Shown piece by piece: positions 40,251 to 48,520 of a stretch of 64,000 nt of DNA. The DNA is taken from contig DAPJ01000028.1 of NCBI GenBank assembly GCA_002502095.1, forward strand, positions 37,387 through 101,386, in the 5' to 3' direction. Source of the DNA: Euryarchaeota archaeon UBA62 (lineage in GTDB: Archaea; Thermoplasmatota; Poseidoniia; Poseidoniales; Thalassarchaeaceae). How positions within the stretch are numbered: position 1 is the stretch's first letter; every line of letters starts with the position of its first letter. Below the pieces are notes generated by a model that saw nothing but the letters and a program-made list of their open reading frames with translations, searched no databases and was not told the origin of the DNA. Made by a program: the position numbers and the translations under genes.

Positions 40251-41534
40251 TCAAGAAATTGGGTACCTCAATAGTGCCGCTATACCCCCAAATGCATCGA
40301 ATAAGGTGGCACCCTCTTCCGTATCCATAGAAATCAAGGTCACGGAAGCCGAGGTATGGCCTGCCAACTGAGTCAATTCATCAATCAAATCCATAGATCT
40401 GTCTGAATCCTCAACAACATCTTCTGACGAGCACTTGGAACATACTGGGATTTCTGATCTTCTGCTTTGGGTACCTTCCCATTCAGACTTACACTGCCTA
40501 CAAACCCACATTACTCTCCTTTTCCTAACATTTTCTGACAGTAATAGCCTCTCAACTGCACCTTGGTCGAGAGCACTTCTAATCATCATCTCGCCATATG
40601 TGGCCTTTGGATGGGCTTGCATTACTTCTCTCAAAAATCTATCAACAAGTTTTCTCTCGGTATCTAGTTCTATTTGGTCCATAAGACCACCCGCTCTTTG
40701 AACCAATTCTCTTAGGCCACTTTCATTGGAGTATCCTACATCAAAGAAGGGTTCCCTGATTAATTTCTTAATCTCGTGGTGAAAATAATCATTTTTCACA
40801 ACATAATCTTTGGTTGCTCCCGGACCTCCAATAATTATGCCCTGTAAATTTTCTATCATGGGGAGCCAATATGATGATGCCCTTTCTGCTGATTTCTTGA
40901 AGAATTTGTCTGCCGCCTCTTCGATTAATCTCTCGAATCTCTGTGCAGACTGTCCCCCTCTGCCATGCTTTGAAGGAACTAATGAGGTCACATGCTCTTG
41001 GCAGTGTAATCTCTTTCCACTAGCTAGTCCATACGCTGCCTCTGACCTGTCTATAACGAAAAGGCCATATGCAGTCCTGTCAATTAGCATCTCCTCGAGC
41101 TGACTAATCTCGAATGTAGATCCACATCTGTACCTGTACGAAGTAAAAGCCTCAGGAGGATCATCGATGACTATGGACATTAGTCTAGTTTTATTATTTC
41201 CAACAATAACATGTCCTACGAATAAGGCCATTCCTCTTTCCCCAGGGGTCTTATATCGGTTTAACGTAGCTATTGCTGATTCGATAGCATCGGAAACGTG
41301 CTTCCTAGTCAACTTAGACTTGATATTTGCGGCTTGACCAGCTTCGTTGGAAAGTTGATGTCTAACATCGCTTATCATCCGATCAGGAGGGACAACAACC
41401 GAAACTAGCTCAGTACCCATCCCCTTCATCGTAGACAAGTCCTCTACTGCCTTCTTGAGGCGTAATCTCCTCTGCTGGACTTCAATCTCGTCGGATATGG
41501 CACTACCCCCAGTTAAAGGCCGGAGGGGCAGCAT
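40251..41534 (-). CDS. prf1: Archaeal peptide chain release factor aRF1 (start codon uncertain)
   Basis: GTELVS, NIKS, YRC, GGQSAQRF; C-terminal CxxC..CxxC zinc ribbon; FGGIAALLRY. Confidence 0.95.
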   Translation of the reverse strand: MLPLRPLTGGSAISDEIEVQQRRLRLKKAVEDLSTMKGMGTELVSVVVPPDRMISDVRHQLSNEAGQAANIKSKLTRKHVSDAIESAIATLNRYKTPGERGMALFVGHVIVGNNKTRLMSIVIDDPPEAFTSYRYRCGSTFEISQLEEMLIDRTAYGLFVIDRSEAAYGLASGKRLHCQEHVTSLVPSKHGRGGQSAQRFERLIEEAADKFFKKSAERASSYWLPMIENLQGIIIGGPGATKDYVVKNDYFHHEIKKLIREPFFDVGYSNESGLRELVQRAGGLMDQIELDTERKLVDRFLREVMQAHPKATYGEMMIRSALDQGAVERLLLSENVRKRRVMWVCRQCKSEWEGTQSRRSEIPVCSKCSSEDVVEDSDRSMDLIDELTQLAGHTSASVTLISMDTEEGATLFDAFGGIAALLRYPIS

Positions 41535-41595
41535 TTCAACCCTTAGACTCAGCTAGGGCAAAGGAATTGAAAGGGGCGTCCCAGCTCGATAGTCG

Positions 41596-42300
41596 ATGAC
41601 GACCGTGATTGTCGCACTCGGAGGGAGTCTGCTCCGTCCTGAGATTGAAGAAAGACATAGCTGGCTGGAGGGACTAGTATCGGTAATTAGGGACAGGGTC
41701 TCTATGAACGACAGGATTGGTATTGTGGTCGGGGGTGGCGCGCCAGCTAGGGAGGGTATTGAGCTCGCTAGACCGATGATTACAGATGAGTCGCACCTCG
41801 ATAAAATTGGCATAGCGGCAACTAGACTAAATGCCACTATTGTCAGAGAGTCACTATCAGATTCTGGAATTCCAGTTTCTGGTACGATTCCGAAGAGTAT
41901 TGATGAGGCGGTTCTTCTCCTTGAGACTCGTCATGTAGTCGTTATGGGAGGGACCAATCCCGGACATACCACAGATGCAGTCGCGATACGTTTTGCAATA
42001 TCTTCCGGTGCAGATAAGTGCATAATAGCAACCAATGTACCGAAAGTTTTCGATAGTGACCCAAAATCGAATCCAGATGCAATTCCATTTGATTCCTTGA
42101 CCCATGGCCAATTACTGGAGATAATAGGCTCTTCTGAACACACGAAGGCTGGAAATTCGCAGATAGTTGACCCGATTGGAGCTATTGATGCATCTGAGTC
42201 TGGGCTAACCTTGAATATCCTCGATGGAAGAAATGTAGATCTCATCAGACAGGCAATTGTTGGCGGAGATTTTCAAGGAACAGAAGTAAGAGGAGGATAA
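41596..42300 (+). CDS. pyrH: Uridylate kinase (archaeal type)
   Basis: LGGS, VVGGG, GGTNPGHTTDAVA, ATNV..VFDSDPK, VDP. Confidence 0.9.
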   Translation: MTTVIVALGGSLLRPEIEERHSWLEGLVSVIRDRVSMNDRIGIVVGGGAPAREGIELARPMITDESHLDKIGIAATRLNATIVRESLSDSGIPVSGTIPKSIDEAVLLLETRHVVVMGGTNPGHTTDAVAIRFAISSGADKCIIATNVPKVFDSDPKSNPDAIPFDSLTHGQLLEIIGSSEHTKAGNSQIVDPIGAIDASESGLTLNILDGRNVDLIRQAIVGGDFQGTEVRGG

Positions 42301-42303
42301 AAC

Positions 42304-42621
42304 TTGAGTAGGGCCGATAGAATTGCCAATGCTGGTAGGAGAACAGCAAAGGAAGCGAGAGAAGCGGCTAGTAAAAGAAGGCAATCTGAAAGACGAAAGA
42401 TTACGAATAAGTCCATAGATATCAGACCTCACAGGCACTGTGTTGTGTGTTGGAAGCCTATTTCACTAGAGATAGAGCCTGCGGTTTGTGATAATGAGGA
42501 TTGTATTGATAATAACAAGAAGAGAGAATCTTCCAGAAAGAGGTTGACAATAATGCTATATTTATTTCCAGGGATTGCCATCCTACTGATTTTCTTACAG
42601 TTGATGTCCGGAGGGGCATAG
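42304..42621 (+). CDS. DUF2116-type Zn-ribbon protein with C-terminal TM
   Basis: PHRHCVVC..VCDNEDC followed by a hydrophobic tail. Confidence 0.78.
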   Translation: MSRADRIANAGRRTAKEAREAASKRRQSERRKITNKSIDIRPHRHCVVCWKPISLEIEPAVCDNEDCIDNNKKRESSRKRLTIMLYLFPGIAILLIFLQLMSGGA

Positions 42622-42633
42622 GAGGAGATTCAT

Positions 42634-43218
42634 ATGAACATGGTTAGGATATTGTCGATACTTCCTGGTCTTGTGGGTAGCCTCTGCATACTGATAGTTC
42701 TGGGTAGCCTAGTTGGAATAAATGTGGAGAATTCACGTACAGACGTGCCCATCGTGCCTTGTACGGATGATTCGGTTGGCTGTCCTGTTGGAATGACCGG
42801 TGAAGACTTAGAAGTGCCTCCCGCATTCATGCTACTAGAAATAAGCATGAAGTTGGAATGGGACGAGCCAGACAGAAGCTGGATCGGTGTTGTAGATGCG
42901 AAGTATCAGGAAGATTGTCCTCCAGATTCTAACGGCCTAACATCTTGTACTTCTGATGATTTTGTTTTCATTGCAGGAGGTCCTGATTCACCGGATGGAA
43001 GTCTGGAGTTTGTACTAGAACCTGGCAAATATCGTTTTGTAACCGCTGGAAAGGATGGCTCCACTCTTGATGAACAATTGGTCACTATTGAGCCTGAAAT
43101 ACATCTAGCTGGATTTGTCGAAATACTACTTGCCGCTATTGGATTGGCCCTGCTTCTAGGTGCAAGTGAGATGGCCTTTCCTCTCAGAGAAATGTGGAAG
43201 CGCTTTAGGGAAGCGTGA
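42634..43218 (+). CDS. Hypothetical membrane protein (N- and C-terminal TMs, Cys-paired extracellular domain)
   Basis: AGGAGG SD, two hydrophobic segments, CTDDSVGC and CPPDSNGLTSC. Confidence 0.7.
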   Translation: MNMVRILSILPGLVGSLCILIVLGSLVGINVENSRTDVPIVPCTDDSVGCPVGMTGEDLEVPPAFMLLEISMKLEWDEPDRSWIGVVDAKYQEDCPPDSNGLTSCTSDDFVFIAGGPDSPDGSLEFVLEPGKYRFVTAGKDGSTLDEQLVTIEPEIHLAGFVEILLAAIGLALLLGASEMAFPLREMWKRFREA

Positions 43219-43263
43219 ATTTAGCATAGATTGCTTGAATAACCTATTCCTATTCGCAGTGTT

Positions 43264-43380
43264 ATGGCTGACAGGTGTCCGGGGTGTGGTTCGAAAATGG
43301 ATATCGGGGGCCTGCCTATCTCAATTGGTGGCTTCGATATGTATTGCACAACGTGCGGACATATTTGGCACATAAACTAG
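43264..43380 (+). CDS. 38-aa CPxCG-type zinc-ribbon microprotein
   Basis: Manual translation MADRCPGCGSKMDIGGLPISIGGFDMYCTTCGHIWHIN*. It fills the intergenic gap and has a TATA-like TTGAATAA about 25 nt upstream. Confidence 0.72.
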   Translation: MADRCPGCGSKMDIGGLPISIGGFDMYCTTCGHIWHIN

Positions 43381-44411
43381 GCCATATCGTTTCTAGGCCA
43401 GTCCTCGGGAAGGTTAAGAGGGTCAGATATTTCATCGGCAGCTATCATTTCAACGAGTCTTTCCCTCAGATGTTCCAGTCCTTCTCCAGTAATGGAGCTG
43501 ATGGCAATTTTATCCTCTATTTCTGTAGATTTGTGCAAGTCAGATTTACTATGGACGACTAGAATTGCTCTCTCTGACATCAAGCCGCTTACTTCTTCGA
43601 GGAGATTCATTTGTTCTTCCAAACTAGTTGTTGCTTCTGGCGTTGGGTCTATCAAAAATAATAGTACATCGCCAACATTCTCTAAGGCCGCTATTGCCTG
43701 CATCTCGATATTATTTCTCTCAACCATTGGCCTATCCAGAAGACCGGGTGTGTCGACCATCTGGTATTTTCTTCTACGATGCATAAAATGACCCAGATGC
43801 AATTGCTTAGTTGTGAATGGATAAGCCGCTACCTCGGGCTCTCCACTTGATAGTGAAGTAATCAAGGCTGATTTACCAACATTGGGAGATCCGGCCACCA
43901 CTATGCATGGTTCATTGGAATCTATGGAAGGTAACTTCCTTAGTATATCTCGTGCCTCTCCCAGCCATTCTATTTCAGGAGAAATTTGCTCTATAATAGA
44001 TGAGAATCTACCATATGCAGATCTTCTTGCCTGATGAAATCCGTCAATGTCTCTTAGTCTCAGAATTTTTCTTTGTGTATCGGCGGCTATCGATCTTACT
44101 CTCTCAGCACCCCATTGAATAGCTCCCAGACTCTTTCTGTAATTGTCATTCCCAACCGCGGCATCTACAAGGGCTTGGTCAAATTCTGAAAGTGCATTCA
44201 GACTTGGCCATCTCTCAACATATGCTATGAGTGTGGTATCAATTACTGATGCGGCTGACTGTACCATCTTGTTCATCTGTTTGCGAACTCTATGGTACTT
44301 GTCGGGATCTTCTACGGTATCCGACTGTTTACTGGCCTTTCTGAAAGCCTTATCAAGAATCTCATCTGTTTTTAGAACAGTCGGGATTTTCCTCCATTCG
44401 ATAGATGCCAT
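43377..44411 (-). CDS. NOG1-family GTP-binding protein
   Basis: GSPNVGKS, YPFTTK, DTPGLLDRP..RNNIE, SKSD, ISS. Confidence 0.92.
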   Translation of the reverse strand: MASIEWRKIPTVLKTDEILDKAFRKASKQSDTVEDPDKYHRVRKQMNKMVQSAASVIDTTLIAYVERWPSLNALSEFDQALVDAAVGNDNYRKSLGAIQWGAERVRSIAADTQRKILRLRDIDGFHQARRSAYGRFSSIIEQISPEIEWLGEARDILRKLPSIDSNEPCIVVAGSPNVGKSALITSLSSGEPEVAAYPFTTKQLHLGHFMHRRRKYQMVDTPGLLDRPMVERNNIEMQAIAALENVGDVLLFLIDPTPEATTSLEEQMNLLEEVSGLMSERAILVVHSKSDLHKSTEIEDKIAISSITGEGLEHLRERLVEMIAADEISDPLNLPEDWPRNDMA

Positions 44412-44519
44412 GTGTCTTCCTGACTCTACGACCAGCCCATTCCTATTCAAGACAGTAGCCAGAAATTGTATGGATTTTCAAATCATGCACTTTTTCTATA
44501 TGGACCTCGCCGTTAGCTC

Positions 44520-44957
44520 ATGCCTGACATATCCAGTACACTGCCCGATTGGGCGATTAAGATTCATCAAGCCCATGGCTCTCCTAAATTAGATGATATT
44601 CAGGACGTGTTTCATGGACCTCTTTCTAGCCGAAGCGCGGGCCTGAGGAAAGATGATATCATTGAGATAATAATCGATTCAAGGGCAATTTCCTCAGATA
44701 GTGAAAGTATCGCCAGGGGGATGTTAATTGGAACTACCAGGAATGCCGTAGAAATTATGGATGAAAACGGAGTTTTCAGATCTATAGCTCGAGATGTGAT
44801 CGTAGAGGTAAGATTAATCGCGCACATGAGGGTTCCTTATCTGGAAGATAGGGAGATGATGACTTTCGAGAAAGAGGATATGAGGCGTAGATCGAGTATG
44901 CAGGAAAAGGCAGAGCAGATGGCTGATGGCGGAATGGATAGTCACTTGTGGGGATGA
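44520..44957 (+). CDS. Hypothetical protein
   Basis: 145-aa ORF, divergent from NOG1 and first gene of a four-gene run. Confidence 0.65.
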   Translation: MPDISSTLPDWAIKIHQAHGSPKLDDIQDVFHGPLSSRSAGLRKDDIIEIIIDSRAISSDSESIARGMLIGTTRNAVEIMDENGVFRSIARDVIVEVRLIAHMRVPYLEDREMMTFEKEDMRRRSSMQEKAEQMADGGMDSHLWG

Positions 44958-44961
44958 AAAA

Positions 44962-45291
44962 ATGGGTGGCTTAGAAAATAGAGAATGTGTGCCTTGTAGA
45001 GGAGGAGTCCCTCCTCTGAATGAAGAAGATGCGATGAAGTTGTTGGAGCAAATAGATGAGAATTGGGCGATAATTGATAATCGTCATATCGAGAGGTCTT
45101 GGACCTTCGAAGATTTCATGGGAGCATTAGAATTTGTAAATTCTGCCGGCGCAATATGTGAGAATGAAGATCATCATGCTGACTTTGAGTTTGGCTGGGG
45201 GAGAGTCAAGGTACTAATTTGGACTCACAAGATTAACGGTCTGACCGAGTCAGATTTCATTTTGGCTGCTAAGTTAGACCTTCTGGACTAG
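44962..45291 (+). CDS. phhB: Pterin-4-alpha-carbinolamine dehydratase
   Basis: CVPCRGG, F.DF..AL.FVN, EDHHAD, WTHKINGLTESDFILAAK. Confidence 0.88.
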   Translation: MGGLENRECVPCRGGVPPLNEEDAMKLLEQIDENWAIIDNRHIERSWTFEDFMGALEFVNSAGAICENEDHHADFEFGWGRVKVLIWTHKINGLTESDFILAAKLDLLD

Positions 45292-45299
45292 GAATTTTC

Positions 45300-45872
45300 A
45301 TGACTTCTGTGCAAGATATTCTGAATAGTAGAAGGACTGTTTACAGATTCACCGAGAGAGTTGTAGAAGAGTCAAACCTTGAGATAGCGTTTGAGGCCGC
45401 TAGTAATGCCCCTTGCCATAAGCAAACACACCCCTGGAATTACTACGTATTGGGCCTAGAGACGAGGCGAAAGCTTCTACCAACGGTAATCTCAATGGCC
45501 AAAGAGAAGGCAAGTAAGGCAGGTGGTGACGGAGCTAATCAATCTGTCAACAGAGCAGTTTCGAAGATTATGGATACCCCTGCCCTAATTGCAGTCACAA
45601 CGAAACTAAGTCCTAAAGATTCATTCAGAGAGGAAGAGGACTATGCGGCAACTGTTTGTTCTTTGCATAATCTAGTACTTTCGCTTTGGGGCATGGGCAT
45701 TGGAGCTCAGTGGAGTACTGGAAGCTTAACAAGGCACCCCTCCACTTACAGTGTACTAGGGATTGACGGAGAAAAGGAGAGGGTTGTGGGATTTCTGAAG
45801 GCTGGCTATCCAGAATCTATACCCAAAATAGAAAAGAAGAGCTCTTCAGATATTAGGAAGTACCTTCCCTAG
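45300..45872 (+). CDS. Nitroreductase family protein (YdjA-like)
   Basis: SRRTVYRF, APCH..THPW, NLVLSLW..GIGAQWSTG, GYP. Confidence 0.85.
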   Translation: MTSVQDILNSRRTVYRFTERVVEESNLEIAFEAASNAPCHKQTHPWNYYVLGLETRRKLLPTVISMAKEKASKAGGDGANQSVNRAVSKIMDTPALIAVTTKLSPKDSFREEEDYAATVCSLHNLVLSLWGMGIGAQWSTGSLTRHPSTYSVLGIDGEKERVVGFLKAGYPESIPKIEKKSSSDIRKYLP

Positions 45873-45886
45873 AAAATGGTGTTAAT

Positions 45887-46909
45887 ATGAAGAAGGTAAT
45901 TTACCCAAAGATTGGAGGCGTTGATTCTATAGAAATAATCGAGGCAGAGGAGCCACTGGCTACCAAAGGGGGGGTGGTAGTCAGAATTCACAGAGCGGGC
46001 ATAAATTTTGCAGATTTGATGATGAGGCAAGGACTATACGGATCAAATCCAGATTTTCCATTTACCCCTGGCTATGAGGCATCTGGAGTAATAACGAGTA
46101 TAGGTGAAGGAGTTGATGAGTTTGAGGTTGGAGAAAGGGTTCTAGCCATGACTGGATTTGGAGGTTATTCTGAGAAGGTCTCAATCCCCAGTACCAGAGT
46201 ATTCAAGTTACCAGATTCTGTAACTTTCGATCAGGCCGCCGCGATTCCCGTTACATATGGTACCGCATACCATATGCTATTCCACCTAGGAAGGATATCT
46301 CCTGGAGATTCAGTTCTAATCCATCATGCCGCTGGAGGCGTCGGAACTGCAGTTGCTCAATTGTGTAAAGTCGCGGGAGCCTCGATAGTAATAGGAACGG
46401 CCTCCAAATCTAAGAAAGATTTTGTAGAGTCTATAGGAGTCAAGTTTGTAGACAGGGAATCAGAAGATTTTGTCAAGATTTGCAAAGAGATGACTGACGG
46501 AAAGGGCGTTCATCACGCCATTGATCCTGTTGGGGGGAGTAATCTAATGAGATCTTACAAGGCTACTAGAAGAGGCGGGAAGGTATACTTCTTTGGTGCT
46601 TCATCTGCAGTTAAGGGAGATAGGAGATCACTTATCGCAGCTGTTAGGATGTGGTTTAATACTCCTAAATTTGATCCAATTAAGATGATGTCATCAAATA
46701 AGGCTGTTTTCGGGGTACATATGGGACTTTTGGATGATGACAAGATTTTCGCGGGCCATCTAAACGCACTTTCTAAGATGCTAGAAAATAACGAAATTAA
46801 TCCCGTCATAGATAGTATTTGGAGATTTGAAAACGTTGCCGAGGCCCAGATGCACATGCATGATCGCAAGAACCGTGGGAAAATACTTCTTGATTTCGCC
46901 CCAGAGTAA
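45887..46909 (+). CDS. MDR-family NADPH:quinone oxidoreductase (VAT-1-like)
   Basis: GINFADLMMRQGLY, PGYEASG, HHAAGGVGTA, RKNRGKILL. Confidence 0.87.
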   Translation: MKKVIYPKIGGVDSIEIIEAEEPLATKGGVVVRIHRAGINFADLMMRQGLYGSNPDFPFTPGYEASGVITSIGEGVDEFEVGERVLAMTGFGGYSEKVSIPSTRVFKLPDSVTFDQAAAIPVTYGTAYHMLFHLGRISPGDSVLIHHAAGGVGTAVAQLCKVAGASIVIGTASKSKKDFVESIGVKFVDRESEDFVKICKEMTDGKGVHHAIDPVGGSNLMRSYKATRRGGKVYFFGASSAVKGDRRSLIAAVRMWFNTPKFDPIKMMSSNKAVFGVHMGLLDDDKIFAGHLNALSKMLENNEINPVIDSIWRFENVAEAQMHMHDRKNRGKILLDFAPE

Positions 46910-47320
46910 TCATAGCCTAACAGGTCTTGTGGCGCCACAAGCTTGGCATTTCAACAGAGTGGTTCTGTCCTCTTTGATGAATCTCGTATCAGGTGCTCTA
47001 CATTGATTACAAAGTATGTACGTCTTGACATAACTCACCAGTTTTTCCTTGATTCTCTTAGGTGGGACTCTTCCCTTGAGCATTATTCTTGATTGCTCCC
47101 TAGTTCCTGAAGTTCCTAGTTCATTGAGAAGATACTGATAGACATGATTTGCGTCCCTATCCATCGCATCTACAACGTCTGAGAAGTTTCTCAGAATAGT
47201 CTGACTACCCTCAATCAATATTTCTGGCTCCGGCATAGTCCATCTAGACCTCTGACTAATTCCTTCTGGAATTCTTTCACGAGCTCTGTCAAGAAGATCT
47301 TCGTAGTCGAAACCACCCAT
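46910..47320 (-). CDS. eif2b: Translation initiation factor 2 subunit beta
   Basis: YEDLLDRA, NF..V...DR, ELGT, CNQCRAPDT..CQACGA. Start at MGGFDYE. Confidence 0.93.
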   Translation of the reverse strand: MGGFDYEDLLDRARERIPEGISQRSRWTMPEPEILIEGSQTILRNFSDVVDAMDRDANHVYQYLLNELGTSGTREQSRIMLKGRVPPKRIKEKLVSYVKTYILCNQCRAPDTRFIKEDRTTLLKCQACGATRPVRL

Positions 47321-47407
47321 AATGTTCCGAACATACCACTCCTTTTCACCCCACCGGGAGATACGGGTATCGGGCAAGGTAAAATCTTGATACCTCTGGG
47401 GGGGGTC

Positions 47408-47857
47408 ATGGATGAGTCGTTAGAGGTCATGGTTGCTCGGATGGATGACGGTGCGAGACTGCCTACTAGAGGTAGTGAATACGCTGCTGGATGGGATCTT
47501 TATGCCTTAGAGGAGTATGTAGTTCCATTTAGGAAGAGTGTCAAACTACGTACCGGACTAAGAGTGGCAATCCCTGTAGGATATGAGGGGCAAGTTAGAG
47601 CTAGATCGTCCTTGGGTTCCAAGGGCCTTATTCTGCCCCATAGCATAGGAACTATTGATGCGGACTACAGAGGGGAGTTGTTTGTCCTCATGACTTGGAT
47701 TGGAGAAGGAGAGTCATATAGAGTAAAGGCAGGAGAGAGAATCGCCCAGCTGTTGATCTCCCCCATACCTGAAGTATCGTTCAAGGAGGTTTCAGTCGAG
47801 CAACTTGGAGATACCAAGAGAGGAGATGGGGGATTCGGCAGTACCGGTCGTTTCTAG
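47408..47857 (+). CDS. dut: Trimeric dUTP diphosphatase
   Basis: AGWDL, RARSSL, GTIDADYRGE, RIAQL, RGDGGFGSTG. Confidence 0.93.
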   Translation: MDESLEVMVARMDDGARLPTRGSEYAAGWDLYALEEYVVPFRKSVKLRTGLRVAIPVGYEGQVRARSSLGSKGLILPHSIGTIDADYRGELFVLMTWIGEGESYRVKAGERIAQLLISPIPEVSFKEVSVEQLGDTKRGDGGFGSTGRF

Positions 47858-47926
47858 ATATCTGTAACTAGTTAATTTCTATACTGTATTCTCAATAGGT
47901 TCATAGGAAGCGGATAGTGTCCCAGT

Positions 47927-48511
47927 ATGATGACAAGTAGCGTGGATGATTTACGGGCCACTGTTGAAGAATTACGTTCTAAGGGACTCAATACCCAGCA
48001 GATAGCTGATGAGATGTCTCTTTCCCAGACCACTATTAAGTGGCTTTCCTCAGGAGGGGTGGGCTCTGAAGATAGACCAGATGATATCAGAGTTGGTTGG
48101 AGGTCGATTGCAGTTAAGGCTGGAAGGATAGAGGCAATTTCGTACGTCTTCTGCGATATTTTAGAAGAGGAAATTGGAGATGATGTGGATACCATAGTCG
48201 GTATCAGCATTAATGGAATCGCGTTTGCTCAAGCCATAGGTGGACAGTTAGATCTTGACTTAGCCGTCAGCAGGAGTATTAGTGAAGATGGAGGAGGACA
48301 TATTTCCGAAGTTTTCGCCGATGTTGAAGGCAAGAGATGTGTCGTAGTTGATGACGTACTCTCTGGAGGTACGACAATGACCAAGACAGTGAATAATCTA
48401 AGAGCTGCTGGTGCTGACGTGAAGTTATGCATGGTTCTTGCCAATAAGTCCCACAGGAATGAAATCGAGGGAGTACCTCTGCGTGGACTTGTCAGAGTAG
48501 TGACTGTCTGA
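47927..48511 (+). CDS. GfcR-like / orotate phosphoribosyltransferase-like protein (HTH + PRTase)
   Basis: N-terminal LRSKGL..QIADEMSLS..T..WL, DIRVGWRSI, PRPP loop VVVDDVLSGGTT. Confidence 0.85.
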   Translation: MMTSSVDDLRATVEELRSKGLNTQQIADEMSLSQTTIKWLSSGGVGSEDRPDDIRVGWRSIAVKAGRIEAISYVFCDILEEEIGDDVDTIVGISINGIAFAQAIGGQLDLDLAVSRSISEDGGGHISEVFADVEGKRCVVVDDVLSGGTTMTKTVNNLRAAGADVKLCMVLANKSHRNEIEGVPLRGLVRVVTV

Positions 48512-48520
48512 GGAAGAGAA

